DNA of 63,891 nt, the filler included, from Octopus bimaculoides (taxonomy: Eukaryota): assembly GCF_001194135.2 (NCBI RefSeq). It is 5 parts of 5 records of this genome, joined end to end, with 100 filler letters (N's around TTAATTAATTAA, not from the genome) between each part and the next. Parts side by side here need not be neighbours in the genome. Positions count along the whole stretch, not along the records: positions 61,880 to 63,891 come from NC_068983.1; 4 more parts are not named here. The stretch is one strand, 5' to 3'. The position numbers and the translations under genes were made by a program. Position 1 is the first letter of the stretch. Each line of letters starts with the position of its first letter. Shown one piece after another: positions 63,450 through 63,891 of the stretch. The notes below the pieces were generated by a model that was given only the letters and a program-made list of their open reading frames with translations, made no database searches and was not told the DNA's origin.

Positions 63450-63852
63450 GTCTTTCTCTCTCTCATACACACAAACACAAACTCATACATACAAGCGCAC
63501 ATTCATTTATATATGTGTATCTGTTTGTGTTTGTGCAAACGTGCGTGTGTAGGTATATCTCTATGTAATGATATTTCTCCAACTCCTTGGAAATGATGAC
63601 GGCAGGTATTCTGGCTTGTACACGACACACACAAACGAGGCAGAAATCAAATGGAATCTAAATAATTACTATTTTGAAGGGTAATAATAAAATGTTCATT
63701 GAAACAAAGCAGTGATAAACCACTCGGAACGTGTTATACTTGTGACACCTAAGCGTATGATTCTTATATAAGAACATTGTTCCATTCTGCATAATGCACG
63801 AAGAAACACTGACGGGTAAGTTTTACTCTTCCTATCTTTATATGTATATTTA

Positions 63853-63891
<39 letters not shown>

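Overview
AT-rich, gap-riddled animal genomic scaffold (about 64 kb, many N runs). The SINE and microsatellite families look like those of octopus/cephalopod assemblies; this is an inference from recalled repeat consensus sequences, not a database result. I can support no intact host protein-coding gene. The window is mostly a transposon graveyard: Penelope-like fragments (RT, GIY-YIG, terminal repeats), CR1-, RTE- and RLE-type (R4/Dong-like) LINE remnants, Tc1/mariner relics of several subfamilies (mariner, DD37D, DD36E-spaced Tc1), Helitron-like non-autonomous elements, MITEs, several tRNA-derived SINE families and long microsatellites. Four patterns are not explained by the ORF track. (1) Most non-repeat sequence between ~0.4 and ~21.6 kb, plus scattered pieces further right, translates on the minus strand into stop/frameshift-ridden leucine-rich-repeat (LRR) motifs, consistent with one or more decayed LRR-receptor genes broken up by TE insertions. 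(2) About eight minimal type-I hammerhead-ribozyme motifs of different Penelope-like families occur, three of them near-intact. (3) Three Dong-like RLE retrotransposons sit head-to-tail in TAA microsatellites, all 5'-truncated at nearly the same point. (4) There are large fold-back inverted repeats and nested insertions whose junctions can be rejoined exactly. All translations and alignments were done by eye. AT-rich DNA mimics LRR composition, so the LRR calls need HMM confirmation.
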